From contig CAJURT010000019.1 of assembly GCA_910588875.1 (NCBI GenBank), positions 281 through 64,280 of the forward strand: a DNA stretch of 64,000 nt. The letters run 5' to 3'. The stretch is from an uncultured Lachnospiraceae bacterium (GTDB lineage: Bacteria; Bacillota; Clostridia; Lachnospirales; Lachnospiraceae). Of this stretch, positions 37,676-44,476 are shown piece by piece. The stretch's first letter is position 1. Each line of letters starts with the position of its first letter. The translations under genes and the position numbers were made by a program. The notes beneath the pieces are model-generated. The model did no database searches. It saw nothing but the letters and a program-made list of their open reading frames with translations, and was not told the DNA's origin.

Positions 37676-39085
37676 TTACATTCCTGCCTCATCCGCCAGG
37701 GCCGCCTGGATCATGATGGCACACTCGATCCGCTTTTTCTGCATCTCGCAGCCAATATCGTAAGCATCCGTGATGCTGCCATGGAAATTGTAGGAATTGG
37801 CGGCACAGCCGCCACTGCAGTAGAAACGCGCAAAGCAATCCCGGCACTTCTCCTTGGCATATACATTGCACAGCTTGAATTCGTCCCGGATGTCCGTCCG
37901 GACGATCCCCTCATCCACGCTTCCCATCCGGAAATCCTCCTGCCCTACAAACTGATGGCACGGATAAAAATCCCCCCAGGGCGTCACTGCCAAGTACTCG
38001 GTACCTGACCCGCATCCCGACAGGCGCTTGGCCACACAGGGTCCCTGGTTTAAGTCAATATTAAAATGGAAAAAGTGGAACCCCTTGCCCTCTTTCTTCC
38101 TTTTAATATACTCCAAAGCCAATTTATCATACTCTTCCATGATCTGCGGCAAATCTTCCTCCCGGATGGCATACTCTTCCTCCGGCGATGCCACCACCGG
38201 TTCTATGGACATCTGCTCAAACCCCAAATCTGCAAAATGCTTCACGTCCTCGCAAAAATCCAGGTTATGGCGGGTAAATGTCCCCCGCACATAATAGTCT
38301 TTCCCGGCACGGGACCGGGCAAACCTCTGAAATTTGGGGACAATGATATCATAGCTGCTTTTCCTGCCGTTGCGGGTGGGCCTCATAAAATCGTTGACCT
38401 CCCGCCGGCCGTCCAGGCTGAGCACCACATTTCCCATCTCCCGGTTGCAGAACTCCATCACCTCATCATCCAGGAGCACCCCGTTGGTCGTCAGGGTAAA
38501 GCGGAAACGTTTGCCATGCGCCTCCTCCTGCGACCTGCCATACTCCACCAGCCGCTTCACCACATCCCAATTCATCAGCGGTTCACCGCCAAAAAAATCC
38601 ACCTCCAGGTTACGCCGGTTCCCGGAATTGGCAATCAAAAAGTCAAGGGCTTTTTTCCCCACCTCAAAACTCATCAGAGCCCTGCGGCCATGGTACTCCC
38701 CCTCCTCGGCGAAGCAATACTTACAACCCAAATTGCAATCATGGGCAACATGCAGGCACAAGGCCTTCACCACAGTCTTCCGCTTCTTAAAGTCAGCCAC
38801 ATATTCCTGATAAATATCCTTGGTAAACAGTTCCCCCTCATCTACCAGGTACTGGATCTCTTCCAGGGCCTCATCTATGTCCCGGGCGCCCCAGCCCTGT
38901 CCCGCCAGCTGGCCACGCACCTGGCCACACAATTTTTCCGGCAAAGGTTTTGGCTTTTCCAGTTCCCCAACCTCCTGGGATAACAGGGCAATCGCCTCGT
39001 ACACGATATCATCTACCACATGCACGGAACCGCTCGCCACATCCATCACAATATTGTAGCCGTTATTTCTATATTGATGAATCAC
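37676..39085 (-). CDS. scfB: radical SAM/SPASM thioether cross-link-forming SCIFF peptide maturase
   Basis: CxxxCxxC radical SAM motif (CNLGCKYCFAEEG). C-terminal SPASM cysteines (CGSGTEYLAVTPWGDFYPCHQF, CRDCFARFYCSGGCAA). Immediately downstream of the SCIFF precursor gene. Start set to GTG 39085 (VIHQYRNNGYNIVMDVASGSVHVVDD, AAGGAG 7 nt upstream), which matches the usual N-terminus of this family. The track ATG is at 39130. Confidence 0.9.
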   Translation of the reverse strand: MIHQYRNNGYNIVMDVASGSVHVVDDIVYEAIALLSQEVGELEKPKPLPEKLCGQVRGQLAGQGWGARDIDEALEEIQYLVDEGELFTKDIYQEYVADFKKRKTVVKALCLHVAHDCNLGCKYCFAEEGEYHGRRALMSFEVGKKALDFLIANSGNRRNLEVDFFGGEPLMNWDVVKRLVEYGRSQEEAHGKRFRFTLTTNGVLLDDEVMEFCNREMGNVVLSLDGRREVNDFMRPTRNGRKSSYDIIVPKFQRFARSRAGKDYYVRGTFTRHNLDFCEDVKHFADLGFEQMSIEPVVASPEEEYAIREEDLPQIMEEYDKLALEYIKRKKEGKGFHFFHFNIDLNQGPCVAKRLSGCGSGTEYLAVTPWGDFYPCHQFVGQEDFRMGSVDEGIVRTDIRDEFKLCNVYAKEKCRDCFARFYCSGGCAANSYNFHGSITDAYDIGCEMQKKRIECAIMIQAALADEAGM

Positions 39086-39134
39086 CAGTATTCTCCTTTT
39101 TCCTCCAAATACGGCAAAAATCCCGCTCATAACG

Positions 39135-39170
39135 AAAAACCCCTACAATCCTGGACCATAGGGGTCTTTT
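39135..39170 (-). terminator. hairpin plus U-run between scfA and scfB (partial terminator/attenuator)
   Basis: The minus strand reads ACCCCTATGGTCCAGGATTGTAGGGGT followed by TTTTCG. Confidence 0.6.
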
Positions 39171-39200
39171 CATGCTCTTCAAGTATTCATCTGGCGCGGA

Positions 39201-39347
39201 CTAACGGTTTCCATTCTCGCAGCTTTGGTTGCCTACTGTACAGGAAGTCTTGCATGCAGACTGGCAGGATGTCTGGCACTCGCCGCAGCCGCCCTTCTTC
39301 ATGGATTCCTTCAAGGTCTTATTATTCAAGGTTTTTATGTGTTTCAT
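39201..39347 (-). CDS. scfA: six-cysteine ranthipeptide precursor SCIFF
   Basis: Too short for the ORF track. My translation is MKHIKTLNNKTLKESMKKGGCGECQTSCQSACKTSCTVGNQSCENGNR (48 aa), a near-consensus SCIFF sequence. A GGAGGA RBS lies upstream. Confidence 0.9.
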   Translation of the reverse strand: MKHIKTLNNKTLKESMKKGGCGECQTSCQSACKTSCTVGNQSCENGNR

Positions 39348-39383
39348 AGCACTTTCGTCCTCCTGTCATTTTTATCTGCCGCG

Positions 39384-39412
39384 ATTATATCATATGTGAT
39401 TGGTTACCGCAA
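39384..39412 (-). promoter_or_regulatory. candidate sigma-A promoter of scfA
   Basis: On the minus strand: TTGCGG (39407-39412), 17 nt, TATAAT (39384-39389), with an A-rich tract upstream. Confidence 0.5.
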
Positions 39413-39423
39413 GTTTTTTATTT
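39389..39423. repeat. 35-bp direct repeat, copy A (putative att site, left island boundary)
   Basis: ATCATATGTGATTGGTTACCGCAAGTTTTTTATTT. Identical at 34 of 35 positions to 44257-44291. Confidence 0.85.
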
Positions 39424-39581
39424 TCAATATTTGAAACCCGAAACTCGATTTGGGGAATCGGGCGGCCTGCCCTGGTTCTGTTCTGCAGCCTTCCATATTA
39501 ATGCAGGATAGAATGGCCATTCCTGCATCCAGATTGCAAAAACCTCTTGAAACCCATTTCTGGATATGGTATATTGATAGC

Positions 39582-39682
39582 AGAAGGGGAAAGCCAGAGA
39601 AGCGGCCTACCCTCAAATGATTAAAGCGTACCCTTTACAGGGCAGCCGTCAACTATTGGGAGTAGTTGGCGGCTATTTCTTT
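39582..39682 (+). ncRNA. candidate antisense (antitoxin) sRNA, copy 1
   Basis: Promoter TTGAAA (39547-39552), 17 nt, TGgTATATT (-10 at 39570-39575). Hairpins at 39631-39642 and 39645-39673, followed by TATTTCTTT. Complementary to the 3' end and 3' UTR of the peptide mRNA. The transcript ends are predictions. Confidence 0.5.
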
Positions 39683-39762
39683 CCCCTGAAGATTGTATAG
39701 CACAACCCAACCAGGGCAACCATAAGTATACAAAACTGAAACAAATCAGCATATGTAACCAT
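39673..39762 (-). CDS. 29-aa hydrophobic peptide, candidate type I toxin (holin-like toxin type)
   Basis: AGAAAGGAGGG SD, 8 nt, then ATG. My translation is MVTYADLFQFCILMVALVGLCYTIFRGKK followed by a stop. Own promoter TTGTCG (39876-39881), 17 nt, TGcTACAAT (39853-39858). Confidence 0.6.
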   Translation of the reverse strand: MVTYADLFQFCILMVALVGLCYTIFRGKK

Positions 39763-39963
39763 TGGCAATCCCTCCTTTCTGACCTCCGGAGGGTTAGCCC
39801 CTCCGTGTAAGGAGGGTAAGTCGCCTTTTGCTCTCTGACTTTCCGTATCTGGATTGTAGCATAGCTTCCCTATTTCGACAATATATCTTTTTTAACATTT
39901 ATCCACTCAACAAAATAGTGATTTAAACAATGCGAAAGAAAAAATGGAGCAGATAGTAAACAT

Positions 39964-40313
39964 TTACGCACAAGCAGATACGCATGGCCAGAAATGCCTC
40001 TGCTCCCGCATCACCCCGTAGTAATACCGCAGGTCCATGCCTGTGATATCCTCAATCCGCTTCCCCAAGAACTCAAGCATATTGTGGATTTCCTGCTTAT
40101 TCTGTTTAAACGTGTTATCCTGGCGGTTTACTGCTTTTTTCGATGCAATAAACCTCCGGACTATAGCTTCATCCCCGTTCTCTCCCCTGGAAACCAAATC
40201 CGTGCATTGGTCGCATACCTCCTTCCCATGAAAACTTTTAAATGCTCCAGCTGCCCTTCCTCCAGGTGCGGCACCATCTCATTGACTACGTTCTCCAATA
40301 TCTTCTCAACCAT
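39964..40313 (-). pseudogene. tyrosine recombinase/integrase remnant (N-terminal ~115 codons, frameshifted and truncated)
   Basis: MVEKILENVVNEMVPHLEEGQLEHLK (after an AGGAGGG RBS) continues after a frameshift as LVSRGENGDEAIVRRFIASKKAVNRQDNTFKQNKQEIHNMLEFLGKRIEDITGMDLRYYYGVMREQRH. This resembles the N-terminal SAM-like domain of Firmicute mobile-element integrases. No catalytic domain follows. Confidence 0.6.
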
Positions 40314-40420
40314 AAAAAATAGCCCTCCTTCCATATTTATTTTAGGATAGGATGGCCATTCCTGCATCCGGATTGCAAAAACCGCTTGAAACCCATTTCT
40401 GGATATGGTATATTGATATC

Positions 40421-40521
40421 AGAAGGGGAAAGCCAGAGAAGCGGCCTACCCTCAACAGTATATGACTTTACCTCTTATGAGGCCAGCCGTCGCTATTGGT
40501 AGTAGCGGCGGCTATTTCTTT
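40421..40521 (+). ncRNA. candidate antisense (antitoxin) sRNA, copy 2
   Basis: Promoter TTGAAA (40386-40391), 17 nt, TGgTATATT (-10 at 40409-40414). Hairpins at 40471-40482 and ~40485-40512, then TATTTCTTT. Confidence 0.5.
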
Positions 40522-40601
40522 CCCCTGAAGATTGTGTAGCACAACCCAACCAGGGCAACGATAAAGATACAAAACTGAAATAAATCAGCATATGTAACCA
40601 T
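40512..40601 (-). CDS. 29-aa hydrophobic peptide, candidate type I toxin, copy 2
   Basis: AGAAAGGAGGG SD, then ATG at 40601. My translation is MVTYADLFQFCIFIVALVGLCYTIFRGKK followed by a stop. Promoter TTGTCG (40716-40721), 17 nt, TACAAT (40693-40698). Confidence 0.6.
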   Translation of the reverse strand: MVTYADLFQFCIFIVALVGLCYTIFRGKK

Positions 40602-40865
40602 CCGCATCACCCTCCTTTCTGACCTCCGGAGGGTTAGCCCCTCCGTGTAAGGAGGGTAAGCCGCCTTTTGCTCTCTGACTTTCCGTATCTGGATTGTAGC
40701 ATATCTTCCCTATTTCGACAATATGCCTTTTCCCATGCAGGGATTTAACCCCGGGCGGGGGAGAGTGGGGATGAAGCCAAAATCCGGATATTTATTGCAT
40801 TGAAAAAGGCGGTCATTCCTGCCTTTTTCTTTTGCAGTAAAGAAGTAAAGAACACGCTATATTGA

Positions 40866-40895
40866 TTGACAATCACAGAGTTATTCCTGTATATT
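40866..40895 (+). promoter_or_regulatory. candidate sigma-A promoter of the island AraC gene
   Basis: TTGACA, 18 nt, TATATT. About 45 nt upstream of the ATG at 40942. Confidence 0.45.
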
Positions 40896-40941
40896 TAATT
40901 CATAAAACAGGCAAAAACCGCAGATATGCAGGTGAACAGAC

Positions 40942-41853
40942 ATGAAAAATATCCATAGCATTGAATTTTATACTGGAAGCAAGGAAGAATTGTTTCCCGA
41001 TTATGAAAAAGATTTTCCCTATATCGCTTCAAGGGCAGAACTTGACAAGTATACAGGACGTTTCGTGCCCTGGCACTGGCACAAGACGGTGGAACTCTTT
41101 TACATGGAAAGCGGCAGTGTTGAATATACTACGCCGGGAGGAAAATTAGTGTTTCCTGCCGGGAGCGGCGGCATGGTAAATTCTAATGTACTCCATATGA
41201 CAAAAGCAATGTCGCAGAGAGAACAGAATATACAGCTGCTTCATATTTTCGATGTTTCCCTGCTTGCCGGGGAACAGGGAAGCAGGATTGAACAAAAATA
41301 TATTGCACCTGTCATAACAGCCCCGCAGCTTGAGGTAATCCCGCTTTTTCCAGGCAATCCAGCAGAAGAAAGGATTTTAAATCTTATTGCCGCATCATTT
41401 CGTTTGTCCGGCGATGAATTTGGGTATGAAATAAAACTGCGGGAAGCCCTGACGGAAATATGGCTAATGTTATTTGAACTATCCCGCCCTATGCGTGAAA
41501 AGAAAGGAGAACATAACAAAAGCAACGATAAAATAAAGCTGATGATGATATACATTCATGAGCATTACGGGGAGAAAATATCTATCCCGGAACTTGCGGC
41601 GGCAGCATACCTGAGCGAAAGAGAATGCTATAGAGTATTTCATGACTGTCTGCACATGACACCCGTAGAGTATATAAAGACATACCGTCTGCAAGCCGCC
41701 TGTCAGATGTTAGCAAATGGACAGAAACCTGTTACCGTTATCAGCCATGACTGCGGTTTAGGAAGCAGCAGTTATTTTGGAAAAGTTTTTCGGGAATACG
41801 CACATTGTTCACCCACAGAATATCGGAGAAAATGGCAGAATCGTGATAGATAA
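40942..41853 (+). CDS. AraC-family transcriptional regulator (cupin plus HTH)
   Basis: 303 aa. WHWHKTVELFYMESG cupin half. C-terminal HTH ISIPELAAAAYLSERECYRVFHDCLHMTPVEYIKTYRLQAA...SSYFGKVFREYAHCSPTEYR. Confidence 0.85.
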   Translation: MKNIHSIEFYTGSKEELFPDYEKDFPYIASRAELDKYTGRFVPWHWHKTVELFYMESGSVEYTTPGGKLVFPAGSGGMVNSNVLHMTKAMSQREQNIQLLHIFDVSLLAGEQGSRIEQKYIAPVITAPQLEVIPLFPGNPAEERILNLIAASFRLSGDEFGYEIKLREALTEIWLMLFELSRPMREKKGEHNKSNDKIKLMMIYIHEHYGEKISIPELAAAAYLSERECYRVFHDCLHMTPVEYIKTYRLQAACQMLANGQKPVTVISHDCGLGSSSYFGKVFREYAHCSPTEYRRKWQNRDR

Positions 41854-41941
41854 GGGCAGAAATAAAATATTTTTCTTACGCTGTTTGCATTATAATGATA
41901 CCTGTAAAGTAAATCAGCTATTTACAGGAGGTGAGTGCAAA

Positions 41942-42181
41942 ATGTTAAAATTGAACATTCTGAACATGAAAAATTTTTTAAATACGGTCAATGCCTGTAC
42001 CGGCAAAGTAAATATGCTCTGCCCGGACGGTAGAAAACGGAACATCAATGGGGAAGAAAAGATACAGGACAGTTTGCGGCAGCAGTATTTCCAAAACAAA
42101 AACTGCCTGCGGCTTGTTTTAGAAATCCCCAATCCAACGGACTATATGAACATTGTTTCCTATTATGCCGGGGATTGCTGA
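41942..42181 (+). CDS. hypothetical 79-aa protein
   Basis: AGGAGGTGAG RBS 6 nt before the ATG at 41942 (MLKLNILNMKNFLNTVNACTGKVNMLCPDG...). Followed by a terminator. No motif recognised. Confidence 0.5.
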   Translation: MLKLNILNMKNFLNTVNACTGKVNMLCPDGRKRNINGEEKIQDSLRQQYFQNKNCLRLVLEIPNPTDYMNIVSYYAGDC

Positions 42182-42207
42182 TTTGTCTGTAACTATTTCA
42201 TCATAAA

Positions 42208-42245
42208 GGGGCTGGACGGTTACTCTGCCAGCCCCGCCTTTTTTG
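42208..42245 (+). terminator. intrinsic terminator
   Basis: GGGGCTGG ... CCAGCCCC followed by GCCTTTTTT. Confidence 0.7.
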
Positions 42246-42257
42246 AAAGGAGTTAAC

Positions 42258-42857
42258 ATGGAACTAACCATTCAGACCGCAGAACTGGCATTAAAGGAAG
42301 CGTCAGAATCCAATCCGGGGCCATGGGCAGACCATTCCCGGTATGTAGCCCAAGCCTGTAAAAACATTGCGTCACACTGTAAAGATTTATCTTCTGAACA
42401 GGCGTATCTTTTCGGGCTGTTACATGATATTGGACGTTATGCCGGAGTGAGTTCGGAAAGGCATTTGATAGACGGCTATCGTTACTGTATGGAGCGTGGG
42501 TGGGGAAAAGCTGCACAGATATGTATATCCCACGCATTTATGATACAGGATATTGATACTTCTATCGGAGAGTTTGATGTCAGTGATGAGGATTACCTGT
42601 TTATGAAAGATTTTGTTGCAAATGCGGTATATGATGATTATGACCGTCTGGTACAGCTATGTGACGCATTGGCTATGCCTACGGGGTTCTGCCTTTTGGA
42701 AAAGAGATTCGTAGATGTGACAATACGGTACGGCATCCACCCGGCGACAATAGACAGGTGGAAAAAAATTTTAGAGATTAAAGAACTGTTTGAAGAACAG
42801 ATTGGCTGCTCTGTTTATACTCTGCTTCCGGGCGTTGTGGAAAACAGTTTTCGTTAG
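42258..42857 (+). CDS. HD-domain phosphohydrolase
   Basis: HD motif LFGLLHDIGRY plus H...D residues downstream. Start set to the ATG at 42258, after AAAGGAG. Confidence 0.7.
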   Translation: MELTIQTAELALKEASESNPGPWADHSRYVAQACKNIASHCKDLSSEQAYLFGLLHDIGRYAGVSSERHLIDGYRYCMERGWGKAAQICISHAFMIQDIDTSIGEFDVSDEDYLFMKDFVANAVYDDYDRLVQLCDALAMPTGFCLLEKRFVDVTIRYGIHPATIDRWKKILEIKELFEEQIGCSVYTLLPGVVENSFR

Positions 42858-42868
42858 GGAGGGATATT

Positions 42869-43471
42869 GTGTATTACGAAGCAAGCGATTTTTTAGAAAC
42901 TGCGGACAGCGATACATTAAAGCAGATTGCCCGCACAAGGGAATTAACACGGGAATATTATTTCTCTGATTATGGAGATATGGAAAAACGCACTTCCATT
43001 CTTCGGAAGCTGTTGGGGGGAATTGGGGAAAATGTGGCAATCGACACACCTTTTCATTGTGATTATGGAAAAAATATTTTTTTGGGAAATGATGTGATAA
43101 TCAATATGAATTGTACCTTTGTGGATAACAAAACTATCCGAATTGGTGACAGGGTTTTGATTGCTTCAAATGTGCAGATTTATACATCTTCGCACCCTGT
43201 TTTACCAATGGAAAGGCTTGTGCCGGATTGGAGGGAACGCCAGACAACATTTTTTAGAACCTATGCACGTCCGATAGAGATAGAAAATAATGTCTGGATT
43301 GGCGGCGGCTGTATTCTTCTGCCAGGAGTCACCATAGGAGAAAACAGCGTAATAGGGGCTGGAAGTGTTGTAAACCGCCCTATCCCGGCTAATTGTGTTG
43401 CAGTAGGGAATCCATGCAGGGTGATACGTCATTTTGATACAGACAAAGAAAGGCGGCTACATGAAATATAA
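42869..43471 (+). CDS. sugar O-acetyltransferase (maltose/galactoside acetyltransferase family, left-handed beta-helix)
   Basis: Mac N-terminal region (RELTREYYFSDYGDMEKRTSILRKLLG). Hexapeptide repeats (IGDRVLIASNVQI, WIGGGCILLPGVTIGENSVIGAGSVV). GTG start after GGGAGGG. Confidence 0.85.
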   Translation: MYYEASDFLETADSDTLKQIARTRELTREYYFSDYGDMEKRTSILRKLLGGIGENVAIDTPFHCDYGKNIFLGNDVIINMNCTFVDNKTIRIGDRVLIASNVQIYTSSHPVLPMERLVPDWRERQTTFFRTYARPIEIENNVWIGGGCILLPGVTIGENSVIGAGSVVNRPIPANCVAVGNPCRVIRHFDTDKERRLHEI

Positions 43472-43961
43472 GCATATCGTTTTTGACATTGACGGTACTC
43501 TGATTGATACGGAATATGCTGTCTTACATTCCTTACAGGAAACCATAAGGGCATTGTCGGGGAGAGAGATACCATGCTCTGAACTAAAATTTGCGTTAGG
43601 GATTACCGGGATAGACGCTTTGAAAAAACTTGAGATAAAAGACATTTCCTATGCGATAGAATTATGGGATAAAAATATGTGTAAATATGCAGATACCATG
43701 AAAGTATTTGACGGAATAACCGGACTACTGAAAAATCTTCTGAGTCTGGATTATGAAATAGGAATTGTCACCTCAAAGACAAGGGAAGAATTTGCACATG
43801 ATTTTTGCCAGTCTGGTATCAGCCATTATTTTAAAACAATCATATGTGCGGAAAATACGGGAATTGATTTTGCTTTGGCAGTATGGGGCAGTCATAGCAA
43901 GCACATAAAAGCAGATTATTTTTTAGAAAGACCTGCCGACCTGTTATCTGCTATAACTTGA
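43461..43961 (+). pseudogene. HAD-superfamily phosphatase with an apparent internal in-frame deletion
   Basis: Motif I FDIDGTLIDT and motif II IVTSK are present. The sequence jumps from ...TIICAENT directly to GIDFALAVWG, so the segment that normally carries the motif III lysine and the motif IV GDxxxD is missing. Confidence 0.5.
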
Positions 43962-44176
43962 AATAACCATTTGCTTTTGTGGAAGAAAGGGAAAATTTCT
44001 ATGGCTTGCACGGAATCATACAAGGAACATATCGAATACACATTTTCTGAAAACCCTTCAAAACTTTGAGTCTGCAAATGTTCAAGGACAGGGATTTATC
44101 CCCATTTATGAGTCTACGAAACTGACCGACGATTGCATCGAATTAATGGGTTTGAAACAGACTATGAATTCATTAC

Positions 44177-44229
44177 AAAAAAACAGCACCGTTGTAAATC
44201 CCTGTTAGAATGGGCATTACAACGGTGCT
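44177..44229 (-). terminator. intrinsic terminator (13-bp stem), usable on both strands
   Basis: AGCACCGTTGTAA (44185-44197) pairs with TTACAACGGTGCT (44217-44229). On the minus strand a run of seven T follows. Confidence 0.7.
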
Positions 44230-44256
44230 TTGTTCTATTTGACTGTCAAAAATGGG

Positions 44257-44291
44257 ATCATATGTGATTGGTTGCCGCAAGTTTTTTATTT
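44257..44291. repeat. 35-bp direct repeat, copy B (putative att site, right island boundary)
   Basis: ATCATATGTGATTGGTTGCCGCAAGTTTTTTATTT. One mismatch to 39389-39423. Confidence 0.85.
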
Positions 44292-44476
44292 ATTTCCCCA
44301 ATTCCCTTACATACCGGACATATTCTTTTATCTATTCCATAACATTCCTTACATGTTACATAACGGCTTCCCCAAGAACTGTCTGAGAGATAATGATCCT
44401 CGTTGTGCATCTCACCCGATCCGCCGCATGTAGGGCATATAACCTTGCCAGCGCCTTTACATCTATAACAATCCAT
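44258..44476 (-). CDS. small DnaJ-cysteine-rich-domain-like zinc-finger protein (72 aa)
   Basis: MDCYRCKGAGKVICPTCGGSG...CKECYGIDKRICPVCKGIG contains four CxxCxGxG-type motifs. The RBS is weak and the start is uncertain. The upstream part of the 138-aa track ORF looks non-coding. Confidence 0.4.
   Translation of the reverse strand: MDCYRCKGAGKVICPTCGGSGEMHNEDHYLSDSSWGSRYVTCKECYGIDKRICPVCKGIGEINKKLAATNHI

Larger units (their letters stand above)
39489..39884. repeat. ~400-bp direct repeat, copy 1 (candidate type I TA module)
   Basis: Aligns by eye with 40327-40724 along its whole length. Differences cluster in one ~35-nt block. Confidence 0.9.
40327..40724. repeat. ~400-bp direct repeat, copy 2 (candidate type I TA module)
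   Basis: See copy 1. Same orientation, on the other side of the integrase remnant. Confidence 0.9.
39389..44291. mobile_element. decayed integrative island (~4.9 kb) bounded by 35-bp direct repeats
   Basis: Direct repeats at both ends and a truncated, frameshifted tyrosine recombinase gene near the left end. Two candidate toxin-antitoxin modules and several gene remnants. Visibly more AT-rich than the flanking DNA. The cargo genes are on the plus strand, unlike the surrounding minus-strand backbone. Confidence 0.6.

Noticed and set aside
39020-39434. Plus-strand ORFs 39020-39349 and 39225-39434 overlapping scfA
   Set aside because: They lie opposite the near-consensus SCIFF precursor and its promoter, and nothing supports them as coding.
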